Program-made: the position numbers and the translations under genes
Source of the DNA: an uncultured Pelagibacteraceae bacterium
Lineage (GTDB): Bacteria > Pseudomonadota > Alphaproteobacteria > Pelagibacterales > Pelagibacteraceae
Assembly (NCBI GenBank): GCA_902516065.1
Contig: CABXXB010000001.1
Location: 1 to 60,760 of the forward strand
DNA length: 60,760 nt
Direction: 5' to 3'
Notes under the pieces: generated by a model
Told to the model about the DNA's origin: nothing
The model's input: only the letters and a program-made list of their open reading frames with translations
The model's database searches: none
Shown: positions 17,981-29,719 of the stretch, one piece after another
Position numbering within the stretch: the stretch's first letter is position 1
How the letters are laid out: each line of letters opens with the position of its first letter

Positions 17981-19232
17981 TATAAAAGAAATACGAAAAG
18001 ACTTTAAAAACTTCAATGAACTTATTCAAAAACGAAACATAAAAGTAGACATTGATAATATTAAAAGATTAGATGAAATAAATAGAGAACTTATTCAGAA
18101 AAAAGAAAATTATGAAAAAAATAAAAAAGAAATCTCTAAATCAAAAGATGAAAAATTATTTAAACAATCAAAAGAGATTTCAGATCAAATTGATAAGATT
18201 TCTGAAGAACAAAGAAAAATTAAGAACGAATTAGAAGAAATTTTATCAAATATTCCAAATATTCCCAATAAAGATGTACCAAATGGAAAAGATGAAAATG
18301 ATAATATTGAATTATCTAAATCTGGCAAAATTCCAAAATTCGACTTTAAACCTCAAACACACTATGAAATAGGTGAAAAACTTGGAATGCTTGATTTTGA
18401 TTTGGCAACTAAAACAACTGGATCAAGATTTGTTTTTGTAAAAGATAAACTTGCATTATTAGAAAGAGCTTTATCGAATTTTATGATTGATAAACATATA
18501 ATTGATAACGGATATCAAGAAATTTCCCCGCCATTAATTGCCTCTGAAAATACTATGTATGGAACTGGTCAACTACCTAAATTTGAAAATGATCAATTTG
18601 AAATTAAACTTGATGAGGGATCTGATAGGAAATTCTTAATTCCGACAGCAGAAGTAATTTTAACAAATATAGTTAAAGATAAAATTATTAATTTAAAAGA
18701 TTTACCTTTAAGATTTGTTGCATCAACTCCTTGTTTTCGAAAAGAAGCTGGCAGTTATGGGAAAGACACAAAAGGCATGATTCGACAACACCAATTTTAC
18801 AAAGTTGAGATGGTAAGTATTGTTGAAAAAGATAAATGTCTAGAAGAGTTAGAAAGAATGACAAATTGTGCTACAGGAATTTTAGATGATTTAAATTTAC
18901 CATACAGAAAAATGATTTTATGTAGTGGAGATATGGGTTTTAGTGCTGAAAAAACATATGATTTAGAAGTATGGCTACCATCAGAAAATAAATATAGAGA
19001 AATTTCTTCATGTTCTTCATGCTCTACATTTCAAGCCACTAGAATGAAAAGTAGATATAAAAATCAAAATAAAGAAACTCTTAATGTTGGTACATTAAAT
19101 GGAAGTGGTCTAGCAATTGGTAGAACCCTGATAGCAGTTATGGAAAATTATCAACAAAAAGATGGATCAATAGTTATTCCAGAAAAATTAAGACCTTACA
19201 TGAATAATTTGGAAAAAATTTCTTTGAATTAA
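17973..19232 (+). CDS. serS: Serine--tRNA ligase
   Basis: LIPTAEV, FRKEAGS, RQHQF, EISSCS and TLNGSGLA. Confidence 0.96.
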   Translation: MHNIKEIRKDFKNFNELIQKRNIKVDIDNIKRLDEINRELIQKKENYEKNKKEISKSKDEKLFKQSKEISDQIDKISEEQRKIKNELEEILSNIPNIPNKDVPNGKDENDNIELSKSGKIPKFDFKPQTHYEIGEKLGMLDFDLATKTTGSRFVFVKDKLALLERALSNFMIDKHIIDNGYQEISPPLIASENTMYGTGQLPKFENDQFEIKLDEGSDRKFLIPTAEVILTNIVKDKIINLKDLPLRFVASTPCFRKEAGSYGKDTKGMIRQHQFYKVEMVSIVEKDKCLEELERMTNCATGILDDLNLPYRKMILCSGDMGFSAEKTYDLEVWLPSENKYREISSCSSCSTFQATRMKSRYKNQNKETLNVGTLNGSGLAIGRTLIAVMENYQQKDGSIVIPEKLRPYMNNLEKISLN

Positions 19233-19285
19233 AGTTGTTTTAATTTCTCAATTGGTATAAAAAATCATTTTAATAAAGGAGTTTT

Positions 19286-19576
19286 ATGGAAGGTTCAGGA
19301 ATAGGTCAATTTATACCCTTAATTTTAATATTTGTTATTTTTTATTTTTTTCTAATTAGACCTCAACAAAAAAAGGTTAAAGAACATAAGGCAATGGTTG
19401 AAGGACTTAAAAGAGGAGATAAAGTTGTAACTTCAGGTGGTATCACAGGAACTATCACTCGAGTTGTAGATAATGACAAGGTTGAGGTTGAAATTGCAGA
19501 CAATGTTACAGTTGAAGTTGTTAGAACTACAGGCATTCAAAGCCTTGCAAACAATACCCAAGAAGTTAAAAAATAA
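19286..19576 (+). CDS. yajC: Preprotein translocase subunit YajC
   Basis: YFFLIRPQQKK and GDKVVTSGGI; SD AAGGAG. Confidence 0.94.
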   Translation: MEGSGIGQFIPLILIFVIFYFFLIRPQQKKVKEHKAMVEGLKRGDKVVTSGGITGTITRVVDNDKVEVEIADNVTVEVVRTTGIQSLANNTQEVKK

Positions 19577-19591
19577 TCAATTTTTTTAAAA

Positions 19592-21145
19592 GTGTTATAT
19601 TTTTCTAAATTAAGAATTATATTTATTTCTATAATATGTTTATTTTTTATTTTTATTGCATCTAACAATTTATTTAGTCCAGATAAAAGATTTTTTGATA
19701 AAAAAATCAACCTTGGTCTTGATTTGCAAGGAGGTTCATATCTTTTATTAGAAATAGATAATACCCCTGTAATTGAACAAAAACTTCAAAATACAACATC
19801 TACAATAAGAACATACTTTAAAGATAAAGGTATACGTATTGGTAACTTAAATCTATCAAACCAAAAAATCACATTTACTGTTGAAGATCAGTTTAAAAAA
19901 AATGTAATTGATGAATTTAATAATGAAAATAGTGAAATAAATCCGTATTATCAAAGATTCAAATCCCACCAATTTGATTTAATAGACTTAGGAAATTCGT
20001 TTGAATTAAGTTTTTCAAAACAAGGACTTGTTAATTTAAAGAATTCATCTCAGGATCAAGCATTAGAAATTGTACGAAGAAGAATAGACGAAATAGGAAC
20101 TAATGAACCTAATATCTTAAAACGAGGTAATGATCGTGTATTAGTTGAGTTGCCTGGGTTAGATGATCCCAAAAGAATTAAATCTTTGTTAGGTAAAACT
20201 GCAAATTTAACTTTTAGATTCGTGTCTAATGATAATCAAGACTCTTTTGGAGTAGAAAAATTAAAACATGAAAATGGCTTAGATGAAGATTTTGTAAGTA
20301 AAAGAATTATTTTAAGTGGTGATAATTTATTAGACGCACAACCAAGAATGGATAGTCAAACTAATGAAACAATTGTATCATTTATACTAGATAGGGTGGG
20401 AGCTAAAAGATTTGGTAAAGCTACCTCAGCAAATATTGGTAGACAATTAGCAATTATTTTAGATGGAAAAATTATAAGTGCACCAGTCATAAGAGACACC
20501 ATTGCAAGTGGTAGTGGTCAAATTAGTGGTGGTTTTACATTTCAATCAGCAACAGATTTATCTTTATTGTTAAGATCTGGAGCTTTACCAGCACCTTTAA
20601 ATATAATTGAAGAAAGAACAGTTGGGCCTGATTTAGGTCAAGATTCTATTGATGCAGGATTGATTGCTCTTATTATAGGTTTTTTGCTTGTAATAATCTT
20701 TATATTTATAAAATATAAAACTTTTGGCTTAATAACAAATGTTACTCTTATAATTAATTTGTTAATACTCTTAGGCATTCTTACATTATTTGAGGCAACT
20801 TTAACTTTACCAGGTATTGCTGGAATAATTTTAACTGTTGGTATGGCTGTAGATGCAAATGTTTTAATTTTTGAAAGGATTAAAGAAGAATTAAAAAATG
20901 AAAAAAACAATATAATTGCCTTTGATAGCGGTTATGTAAAATCTAGGACCGCTATATTAGATGCAAATATAACCACCTTATTAGCAGCCATAATTTTATT
21001 TTTTATGGGGTCTGGACCCATTAAAGGATTTTCAGTTACTTTAGGTGTTGGAATATTTACAACATTATTTTCTGTTTATTTCATAGCTAGATTATTTACT
21101 TCAATTTATGTTACTAAAAATAAAGATAAAGAGGCCTTAATTTAA
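19592..21145 (+). CDS. secD: Protein translocase subunit SecD
   Basis: LGLDLQGG, LRSGALPAP and AVDANVLIFER; GTG start. Confidence 0.95.
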   Translation: MLYFSKLRIIFISIICLFFIFIASNNLFSPDKRFFDKKINLGLDLQGGSYLLLEIDNTPVIEQKLQNTTSTIRTYFKDKGIRIGNLNLSNQKITFTVEDQFKKNVIDEFNNENSEINPYYQRFKSHQFDLIDLGNSFELSFSKQGLVNLKNSSQDQALEIVRRRIDEIGTNEPNILKRGNDRVLVELPGLDDPKRIKSLLGKTANLTFRFVSNDNQDSFGVEKLKHENGLDEDFVSKRIILSGDNLLDAQPRMDSQTNETIVSFILDRVGAKRFGKATSANIGRQLAIILDGKIISAPVIRDTIASGSGQISGGFTFQSATDLSLLLRSGALPAPLNIIEERTVGPDLGQDSIDAGLIALIIGFLLVIIFIFIKYKTFGLITNVTLIINLLILLGILTLFEATLTLPGIAGIILTVGMAVDANVLIFERIKEELKNEKNNIIAFDSGYVKSRTAILDANITTLLAAIILFFMGSGPIKGFSVTLGVGIFTTLFSVYFIARLFTSIYVTKNKDKEALI

Positions 21146-22036
21146 ATGATTAAATTCAACAGGTTTTATAGTCAATTTAATATTTTATCTTCATTATTAA
21201 TAATTGCTTCATTAATATTATTAATTTTTAAAGGTTTAAATTTTGGTATTGATTTTAAAGGTGGAACTTTAATTGAATTAAGATCGAGTGATACAAAAAT
21301 TAATGTTTCGAGTTTAAGAGATAATTTAAAACAAATGGATTTAGGAGATGTATCAGTTAAGAAATTTGGTAATGATCAAGATTATCTAATTAAATTCGAA
21401 AATAAAGACAATAAAAAAAATATTATTGAAGAAATCAGATCTGGTTTAGATAAATCATTTGGAAATAACTTTGATTTTAGAAGAGTTGAAAATGTCGGAC
21501 CTAAAGTAAGTGCAGAATTATTACAATCTGGAATTATAGCAATAAGTATCTCATTAGCAGTTATGCTAATCTATATTTGGATAAGATTTGAATGGCAATT
21601 TAGCCTAGGAGCTATTCTAGCATTATTTCATGATGTAATAGTTACACTTGGATTATTTTCTTTATTAAATTTAGAAATTAATCTTTCAATTATTGCAGCT
21701 GTTTTAACAATAGTTGGTTATTCAATGAATGATACAGTTGTTATATTTGATAGAGTTAGAGAAAACTTAAGAAAATATTCTGATATTAAAATTTTCGAAT
21801 TAACAAACATTTCAATTAATGAGACATTATCTAGAACATTGATAACATCAATAACAACTTTACTAGCACTGTTATCCATTTTCTTTTTCGGAGGTGAAAT
21901 TTTAAAAGGTTTTTCTTTAGCTATGATCTTTGGTGTAGTATTTGGAACCTATTCATCTATATATATTGCTAACTCAGTATTAGTTAGATTAAACGTATCA
22001 CAAAAAACAATTCTAAAAGAAGACGAAAAAAATTAA
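21146..22036 (+). CDS. secF: Protein translocase subunit SecF
   Basis: GIDFKGG and GYSMNDTVVIFDRVRE. Confidence 0.95.
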   Translation: MIKFNRFYSQFNILSSLLIIASLILLIFKGLNFGIDFKGGTLIELRSSDTKINVSSLRDNLKQMDLGDVSVKKFGNDQDYLIKFENKDNKKNIIEEIRSGLDKSFGNNFDFRRVENVGPKVSAELLQSGIIAISISLAVMLIYIWIRFEWQFSLGAILALFHDVIVTLGLFSLLNLEINLSIIAAVLTIVGYSMNDTVVIFDRVRENLRKYSDIKIFELTNISINETLSRTLITSITTLLALLSIFFFGGEILKGFSLAMIFGVVFGTYSSIYIANSVLVRLNVSQKTILKEDEKN

Positions 22037-22635
22037 TAAAGATTTTGAGCCATCACCATAGCCAGTAGCATTGGTAATGATAGTAAAGTATTTGTTCTTG
22101 AAAACAACATAGCAGTTCTAGCTGATTTAGCCTTAAGCTCTGGCTCACATTCCACAATACCTAATGCTCTTTTTTGATTTGGCCAAATTACAAACCAAAC
22201 ATTAAAAGCCATTATAACCCCAAGCCACATACCAATACCAATAGCTGTATGTTTTGGTATGCCTGATCCAATGCTAAGTGTCATAGCATCATGTAAGTAA
22301 CCATTTAATAGAGCTAAAATTAATCCAGATAAAACTGTAAATGCAGCAGCCCATCTGAAATAAAATAAAGCAGCAGGTGCTATTACTTTGCCAATAGCAG
22401 GTTTTTGCTCATCTGGAATTTTACTCATATTTGGTATTTGAACAAAATTAAAATACCATAACAAACCAATCCACATTATTGCAACAAGCACATGAATGTA
22501 TCTAAACAGCCAGCTCCAAAAAATTGTATCAATAGCAAAGCCATCATTTAAATAAAACAAAGCTAAAAAAAGTATAATAGCTAAAGCTAGCGAAGCGTGA
22601 ATTGTTTTTGACAAAGATGAAAGTAAGTTACCCAT
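22033..22635 (-). CDS. PuuD/urate-oxidase N-terminal-type membrane protein
   Basis: RYIHVLVAIMWIGLLWYFN, FRWAA, IMAFNVWFVIWPNQK and SRTNT. Confidence 0.72.
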   Translation of the reverse strand: MGNLLSSLSKTIHASLALAIILFLALFYLNDGFAIDTIFWSWLFRYIHVLVAIMWIGLLWYFNFVQIPNMSKIPDEQKPAIGKVIAPAALFYFRWAAAFTVLSGLILALLNGYLHDAMTLSIGSGIPKHTAIGIGMWLGVIMAFNVWFVIWPNQKRALGIVECEPELKAKSARTAMLFSRTNTLLSLPMLLAMVMAQNLY

Positions 22636-22684
22636 AAAAGTAAACTATACACTAAATTTATAATTATTTAATATTATTTTTTAA

Positions 22685-25537
22685 TTATTTTAATAATGTT
22701 TTTAAAAACTGACCTGTATAACTACCTGAAACTTTGCATATTTCTTCAGGTTTACCTTCTGCGATGATATTTCCACCTTTTACTCCACCCTCAGGTCCCA
22801 TATCAACAATATAATCAGCTGTTTTTATTACATCTAAATTATGTTCAATAACAACTACTGTATTTCCAAGTTTAACAAAGGTATGAAGAATTTCTAATAA
22901 TTTTTTAATATCATGTTGGTGAAGACCAGTTGTTGGTTCATCCAATATATACATAGTTCTTCCAGTAGATCTTTTTGAAAGTTCTTTAGCAAGCTTGATT
23001 CTTTGTGCCTCACCGCCAGAAAGAGTTGTCGCTTGTTGACCAATCTTAATATAACCTAAGCCAACCTTTTTGAGAGTAAGAAGTTTTGTTCTAATATTAG
23101 ATATATTTTCAAAATAATCACAACCCTCATCTACAGTCATGTTTAAAACATCTGCGATACTTTTACCTTTAAATTTAATTTCTAAAGTTTCTCTATTATA
23201 TCTAGTACCCTTACATTCATCACATTGTATATATACATCAGGCAAAAAATGCATTTCATAAGTAATTACGCCATCACCCTCACAAGCTTCACATCTCCCA
23301 CCTTTTACATTGAATGAAAATCTTCCAGGTTTATAACCTCTGGTTTTAGATTCAGGTAAACTTGTAAACCAATCTCTAATTGGTCCAAAGGCACCTGTAT
23401 AGGTTGCCGGGTTAGATCTAGGCGTTCTTCCGATAGGTGTTTGGTCTATATCAATAATCTTATCTATTAATTCAACACCTTTATAATTTTTAAAAGCTTT
23501 TGGAGCCTTTCTAGCTTTGTTATTAAGAGTAAGATTTAGAGCATGATATAATGTTTGTAATATTAAAGTGGATTTTCCGCTTCCAGAAACTCCAGTAACA
23601 CAAGTAAAACTTCCTGTAGGTATTTTAAGATTAACATTATTTAAATTATTTCCACTTGCACCATTTATTTCAACAAATCTTCCATTTTTTGCAAGTCTTC
23701 TTGCTGATGGAATTTCTATTTTTTTTTTATTGGATAAGTATTGTCCAGTTATACTATTTTTATCTTTTTTAATTTCATCATAAGTTCCTTGAGCAGTTAC
23801 TTCACCTCCGTTTTTACCAGCCTCAGGACCTAAATCAATTATATGATCAGCATTCTCCATTGTCTCAGTATCATGTTCAACAACTATAACGGTATTACCA
23901 AGGTCTCTTAATCTTTTAAGAGCATTAATAAGTTTGACATTATCTTTCTGATGCAATCCAATCGATGGTTCATCAAGCACATACAAAACACCAGTTAAAC
24001 CAGAACCAATTTGTGAAGCTAATCTAATTCTTTGAGCCTCACCTCCTGAAAGAGTACCAGACTCTCTATCTAAGGTTAAGTAGTCGAGACCAACATTTAA
24101 TAAAAAGTTCAATCTTTCATTAATCTCCTTTAGTACATGTTCAGCAATTTTAAATTGTCTCTTGTCTAAATTTTTTTCTAAATCTTTGAACCATTGAGCA
24201 GCGTCTAATATAGATTTTTGAGTTACTTCACTAATATTGTGATTGTCAATTTTAACACATAAAGCTTCTTCTTTAAGCCTCTTTCCGTTGCAACTCTCAC
24301 AAGCTGAGTCTGATTGATATTCAGCAATTGCCTCTCTTTTCCACTCACTGTCAGATTCTAAAAATCTTCTCTCTAAATTATTAATTACGCCTTCAAAAGT
24401 TTTTTTATGAGAATATTTTTCATAACCATCATCATAGTTAAATTTGATTTCATCTTCATCTGATCCATATAAAATTACATCTTTGATTTTTTTTGGTAAT
24501 TTTTTCCATTTATCATCTAAAGAAAAATCATAATGTTTAGCAAGAGATGCTAGTGTTTGTGCATAATATAAAGTCGTGGATTTAGCCCAAGGCTCAATCG
24601 CACCATCTGCAATACTTTTTCTTTCATCTGGTATAACTAAATTGGGATCAACATTCAATTTCATTCCAATACCCTCACATTCTTCACAAGCACCATAAGG
24701 ACTATTAAAAGAAAAAAGTCTTGGTTCAATTTCTTCAATTGTAAAACCACTTTCTGGACAAGCAAATTTAGTCGAGTAAATTAATTTTTCAATTTTTCTA
24801 AGATTTTTAGGTAAAGTTTCATCTTCAAATTCTACAAAAACTAATCCATTTGATAAATTTACAGCTGTTTCAACACTCTCAGCCAACCTATTACCTAAAT
24901 CAGAATTTAAAACAATTCTATCAACAAGAACTGATATATCGTGTTTGAGTTTTTTATCTAAATTAGGTAATTTTTCTATGTCATAAAGTATATTATCAAT
25001 TTTAATTTTTCTAAAACCTCTTCGTTTATAACTTAAAATATCTTTTTTATATTCTCCCTTACGACCTCTAACAACTGGACCATATATATAAATTGTAGAT
25101 TTTTTTGGTAATTTTTTTATCAAATCAACTATTTGAGTAATAGTTTGAGATGTAATCGCTTTACCGGTAAATGGTGAGTAGGGGATACCGGCTCTAGCAT
25201 ATAATACTCTCATATAATCGTAAATTTCTGTTACAGTCGCTACTGTTGATCTGGGGTTTTTTGAAGTATTTTTTTGTTCAATTGCTATTGCTGGACTTAG
25301 ACCTTCGATAAGATCTACGTTTGGTTTTTTCATCTTATCTAAAAACTGCCTTGCATAAGCCGATAAGCTCTCAACATATCTTCTTTGACCTTCTGCGTAG
25401 ATTGTATCAAAAGCTAAGGAAGATTTTCCTGAACCAGATAGGCCAGTTATTACAACAAATTGATCTTTTGGGATTTCAACTGAAACATTTTTTAAATTAT
25501 GCTCTTTGGCCCCTTTAATAACTATCTTTTTAATCAT
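22685..25537 (-). CDS. uvrA: Excinuclease ABC subunit A
   Basis: Two ABC modules ([14 protein letters not shown]; GVSGSGKST) and LSGGEAQRI twice. Confidence 0.97.
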   Translation of the reverse strand: MIKKIVIKGAKEHNLKNVSVEIPKDQFVVITGLSGSGKSSLAFDTIYAEGQRRYVESLSAYARQFLDKMKKPNVDLIEGLSPAIAIEQKNTSKNPRSTVATVTEIYDYMRVLYARAGIPYSPFTGKAITSQTITQIVDLIKKLPKKSTIYIYGPVVRGRKGEYKKDILSYKRRGFRKIKIDNILYDIEKLPNLDKKLKHDISVLVDRIVLNSDLGNRLAESVETAVNLSNGLVFVEFEDETLPKNLRKIEKLIYSTKFACPESGFTIEEIEPRLFSFNSPYGACEECEGIGMKLNVDPNLVIPDERKSIADGAIEPWAKSTTLYYAQTLASLAKHYDFSLDDKWKKLPKKIKDVILYGSDEDEIKFNYDDGYEKYSHKKTFEGVINNLERRFLESDSEWKREAIAEYQSDSACESCNGKRLKEEALCVKIDNHNISEVTQKSILDAAQWFKDLEKNLDKRQFKIAEHVLKEINERLNFLLNVGLDYLTLDRESGTLSGGEAQRIRLASQIGSGLTGVLYVLDEPSIGLHQKDNVKLINALKRLRDLGNTVIVVEHDTETMENADHIIDLGPEAGKNGGEVTAQGTYDEIKKDKNSITGQYLSNKKKIEIPSARRLAKNGRFVEINGASGNNLNNVNLKIPTGSFTCVTGVSGSGKSTLILQTLYHALNLTLNNKARKAPKAFKNYKGVELIDKIIDIDQTPIGRTPRSNPATYTGAFGPIRDWFTSLPESKTRGYKPGRFSFNVKGGRCEACEGDGVITYEMHFLPDVYIQCDECKGTRYNRETLEIKFKGKSIADVLNMTVDEGCDYFENISNIRTKLLTLKKVGLGYIKIGQQATTLSGGEAQRIKLAKELSKRSTGRTMYILDEPTTGLHQHDIKKLLEILHTFVKLGNTVVVIEHNLDVIKTADYIVDMGPEGGVKGGNIIAEGKPEEICKVSGSYTGQFLKTLLK

Positions 25538-25625
25538 AATTTTTGTTGCTTTGAGTTAATAAAATTAATATTCACAAGAATTGTGATATAAATCTAATTA
25601 ATTAATTTAACAAATATTAAATATT

Positions 25626-26078
25626 ATGGCTGGAAGTTTAAATAAAGTATTATTAATTGGTCGTTTGGGCGCAGATCCTGAGATCAAACAAATGGTTAAT
25701 GGTAAAAGCGTAGCTAGACTTAGCTTAGCTACGAGTCAATCTTGGAAAGATAAAAGTACCGGTGAAAAGAAAGAGAAAACCGAATGGCACCGTATAGTTG
25801 TATTTAATGAAGGTTTGGTAAATGTAGTTCAACAGTACCTTAAAAAGGGTGCACAAATTTATGTTGAAGGTCAACTAACAACTAGAAAATGGAAAGATGA
25901 ACAATCTGGGCAAGATAAGTATTCAACTGAAATTGTTATTCAAGGTTACAATTCTTCTTTAACTATGCTTGGTGGTGGAAATACTGGGGGAGGTATTCAG
26001 AATGATACAACTCAACAAAACAATATTGAGGACTCTTCTCAGGTATCTAACGATATGGATGACGAAATTCCATTTTAG
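25626..26078 (+). CDS. ssb: Single-stranded DNA-binding protein
   Basis: [18 protein letters not shown] and C-terminal DDEIPF. Confidence 0.97.
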   Translation: MAGSLNKVLLIGRLGADPEIKQMVNGKSVARLSLATSQSWKDKSTGEKKEKTEWHRIVVFNEGLVNVVQQYLKKGAQIYVEGQLTTRKWKDEQSGQDKYSTEIVIQGYNSSLTMLGGGNTGGGIQNDTTQQNNIEDSSQVSNDMDDEIPF

Positions 26079-26083
26079 TAAAT

Positions 26084-28664
26084 ATGCAAAAAACTGAAGT
26101 ACCAAAAGAAGATAATATTAAATTAATCTCAATGCATGATGAGATGAGCTCATCTTACTTATCATATGCAATGAGTGTAATAGTAAGCCGAGCTCTTCCT
26201 GATATCAGAGATGGATTAAAACCTGTTCATCGTAGGATTTTATATGCAATGTATAAAGGTGGCTATGATTGGTCAAAACAATTTAGAAAATCTGCAAGAA
26301 TAGTAGGGGATGTAATTGGTAAATACCATCCGCACGGTGACCAATCTGTTTATGATGCTCTCGTTAGAATGGTTCAAGATTTTTCAATGAGCTTACCTCT
26401 AGTTCAAGGACAAGGAAATTTTGGATCTATTGACGGAGATCCTGCAGCTGCAATGAGATATACGGAAACTAGATTATCAAAAGTTTCACAATTTCTTATC
26501 GAAGATATTGAAAAAAACACTATTACTTTTAAAAGTAATTATGATGAAACAGAAAAAGAACCTACTGTATTACCTGCTCAATATCCAAATCTTTTAGTTA
26601 ATGGAGCCGGTGGTATTGCTGTTGGTATGGCAACAAGTATACCCCCTCATAATTTAGGTGAAATCATTGATGGAACTTTAGCTCTCATTGAAAACAGTGA
26701 TATTAAGATTAAAGATTTAATGAAACATATACCCGGTCCTGATTTTCCAACTGGTGGTATTATTATTGGCAAAGACATAATCAAACAGGGTTACAAAAAC
26801 GGTAGAGGATCTTTTAAAATCAGAGGCGAAGTTTCAGTTGAAGGTTTAAAAAACGGAAGAGACAGAATAATAATTTCATCAATTCCTTATCAAGTAAATA
26901 AATCTGTTTTAAATGAAAGAATAGCTCAGCTAGTGAGAGAAAAAAAAAATTGAGGGAATTAAAGATATTAGAGATGAGTCAAATAGAGAAGGTATTAGAG
27001 TTGCAATTGATTTAAGAAATGGAGTTGAACCTGAAACTATAAAAAGACAACTTTATAAAAATACTCAAATAGAAAGTTCTTTTGGTTTCAATACCTTAGC
27101 AATTGTAGAAGGGAAACCTAAAACTTGTACATTAAAAGATTTTCTAGCGGACTTCTTATCTTTTAGAGAAGATGTTGTCATTAAAAAAACAAAGTTTGAT
27201 CTTCAAAAAGCAGAGGAAAGAGCACATATTCTAATTGGTCTATCCGTATCAGTTGAAAATTTAGATAAGATTATAAAAATTATAAGATCATCAAAGACGC
27301 CAGATGATGCAAAACAAGCAATATTAAAAAATAAATGGAAAATTAATAAATCTCAAAAGTTAATTTCATTAGTTGAAGGAAAAAAAGGTAAAAATTTTTA
27401 TTCTTTATCTGAACCACAAGTTTTAGCTATATTAGAACTAAGACTTCAAAAATTAACTGCATTAGGTATAAACGAAATTGAAGCTGAAATTAAGAAATTA
27501 GCAGAATTAATTACTAAATATAAAAAAATTATATCTTCAAAAAAAGAATTATTGAGAGTTATTAGCGAAGAACTTAAAAATATTAAAGAAAAATTTGCAG
27601 TTCCAAGACGAACTAAAATAATCGATGCAGTTTTAAATTACGACATCGAAGAAACAATTCAAAAACAATCAGTTATCATCACTGTTACACTTCAAGGATA
27701 TATTAAAAGAGGCTCATTAGACGGTGTTAAACAACAAAAAAGAGGTGGCAAGGGCAAATCAGGTATAACTACAAGAGATCAAGATTCTGTAATTCAAACA
27801 TTATCAGTAAATACCCACACATCAGTTCTTTTCTTTTCAACTGAAGGACTAGTATACAAAGTCAAGGCATGGAAAATTCCAGAAGGATCTTCATCTTCAA
27901 AAGGGAAATCCTTATTTAATATATTGCCATTAAAGAGTCATCAGTCAATTAGTTCTATAATGCCTATGCCTGAAAACGAAACGGAGTCAAAAAATTATCA
28001 AATTATTTTTGCAACAGCTAACGGTAAAGTTAGAAAAAATAGTTTAGAAGATTTTTCTTCAATAAATGCCTCTGGAAAAATTGCGATGAAACTTGATAGT
28101 AATGATAAAATTGTTGGAGTTAAAATTTGTCAAGATGATAAAGATATAATCTTAAGTACTAAATTTGGTAAGTGTATTAGGTTTGAAGCAAAAAAATTAA
28201 GGGTTTTTAAAGGAAGATCTTCTAAAGGTATTAAAGGAATAGAATTAGCAACAAATGACCAAATAGTATCTCTATCTGTTCTAGACAATGATAGAATAAA
28301 AAAAAATGGAAAAAAAACTAAGGCTGAGACATCTGAATTAAAAGCAAAAGAAAAATTTGTTTTATCAATTAGTGAAAATGGTTATGGAAAAAAAACTTCT
28401 CATTTTGATTACAGAGTTACAAATCGTGGTGGGAAAGGAATTATAGGAATTATAAATTCACCAAGAAATGGAAATATAACATCTTCATTCCCTGTATATG
28501 ATGGTGATGAAATACTAATTTCAACAAATAAAGGAAGAGTTATTCGAGTAGCTGTAAAGGAAATAAGAACTGCTGGTAGAAACACACAAGGAGTGCGAAT
28601 TATCAAACTTTCTGGTGATGAAAAAGTTGTCTCTGCAATTAAAATTGATGATAATTTAATTTAA
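26084..28664 (+). CDS. gyrA: DNA gyrase subunit A, interrupted by one extra A in the A10 run at 26940-26949 (probably a sequencing error)
   Basis: [22 protein letters not shown]. Deleting one A restores [15 protein letters not shown] and joins the 27552-28664 frame, which has the GyrA box QKRGGKG. Confidence 0.92.
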
Positions 28665-29158
28665 TGAATAAAATAGCTATATACCCCGGCACATTCGATC
28701 CAATTACTTATGGTCATATTGATGTAATTAAAAAGTCTCTTAAATTATTTGATAAAATAATTGTAGGTGTTTCAAATGTAAGTAATAAAAATTATTTATT
28801 TAGTTCCGAAGAAAGAATAGAGATTGTCAATAAAGCTCTATTTAAAGATCTTAAACTTAATAAAAAGAAAATTTTAGTTGTTTCTTTTAGTTCTTTAACA
28901 ACAGATTTATGTAAAAAGTATAAGGCTAACGTAATACTAAGAGGCCTTAGAGCTGTATCTGATTTTGAGTATGAGTTTCAATTAGCTGGAATGAATAGAA
29001 AACTTAATAACAACATAGAAACTATTTTTTTAATGTCTGACGTTGAAAATCAAATTATTTCATCAAAATTTGTTAAAGAAATTGTTAAATTAAAAGGTGA
29101 TATAAAAAAATTTACTACTAAAAGTACAATTAAATCTTTAAAAGATAAATATGAATAA
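28664..29158 (+). CDS. coaD: Phosphopantetheine adenylyltransferase
   Basis: YPGTFDPITYGH and RGLRAVSDFEYE. Confidence 0.96.
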   Translation: MNKIAIYPGTFDPITYGHIDVIKKSLKLFDKIIVGVSNVSNKNYLFSSEERIEIVNKALFKDLKLNKKKILVVSFSSLTTDLCKKYKANVILRGLRAVSDFEYEFQLAGMNRKLNNNIETIFLMSDVENQIISSKFVKEIVKLKGDIKKFTTKSTIKSLKDKYE

Positions 29159-29711
29159 ATGTATAATAAATATATTAATTTTATTTTTTTTAATTACTAA
29201 TCAATCAATAGCAGAGGAGAATATAATGATTTTAAAATTGAAAAACGGAGATGTAAAAATTGAATTATTTCAAGATGTTGCTCCTAATCATGTAAAAAGA
29301 ATTAAAGAATTAGCTGACAATGGAAAATATGATAATGTTGTATTTCACAGAGTTATAGATGGATTTATGGCACAAACTGGAGATGTAAAATTTGGTAATT
29401 CTGACTCTAGTGATTATGATTTAAGAAGGGCAGGTATGGGAGGATCAGATTTACCAGATCTGAAACAAGAATTTAGTAGCTTACCACACGACAGGGGAAC
29501 TTTATCTATGGCTAGGTCTTCTGACCCCGATAGTGCTAATAGTCAATTTTTCATATGTTTTAAACCAGCACCATTTTTAGATAGACAATATACTGTTTTT
29601 GGAAAAGTTTTAGAAGGAATGGAATTTGTAGACATGATCAAAAGAGGTGATGAAAATAACAATGGATCAGTATCTGACCCAGATAAGATCATTAGTTTTA
29701 AATCACAATAA
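29151..29711 (+). CDS. Cyclophilin-type peptidyl-prolyl isomerase (exported)
   Basis: FHRVIDGFMAQTGD, SMAR, SANSQFFI and YTVFG; signal peptide. Confidence 0.92.
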   Translation: MNKCIINILILFFLITNQSIAEENIMILKLKNGDVKIELFQDVAPNHVKRIKELADNGKYDNVVFHRVIDGFMAQTGDVKFGNSDSSDYDLRRAGMGGSDLPDLKQEFSSLPHDRGTLSMARSSDPDSANSQFFICFKPAPFLDRQYTVFGKVLEGMEFVDMIKRGDENNNGSVSDPDKIISFKSQ

Positions 29712-29719
29712 TCTATTTG

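Noticed and set aside
26084-28664. Split or pseudogenised gyrA as two genes
   Set aside because: A single-base homopolymer shift explains it and the intervening sequence encodes continuous GyrA
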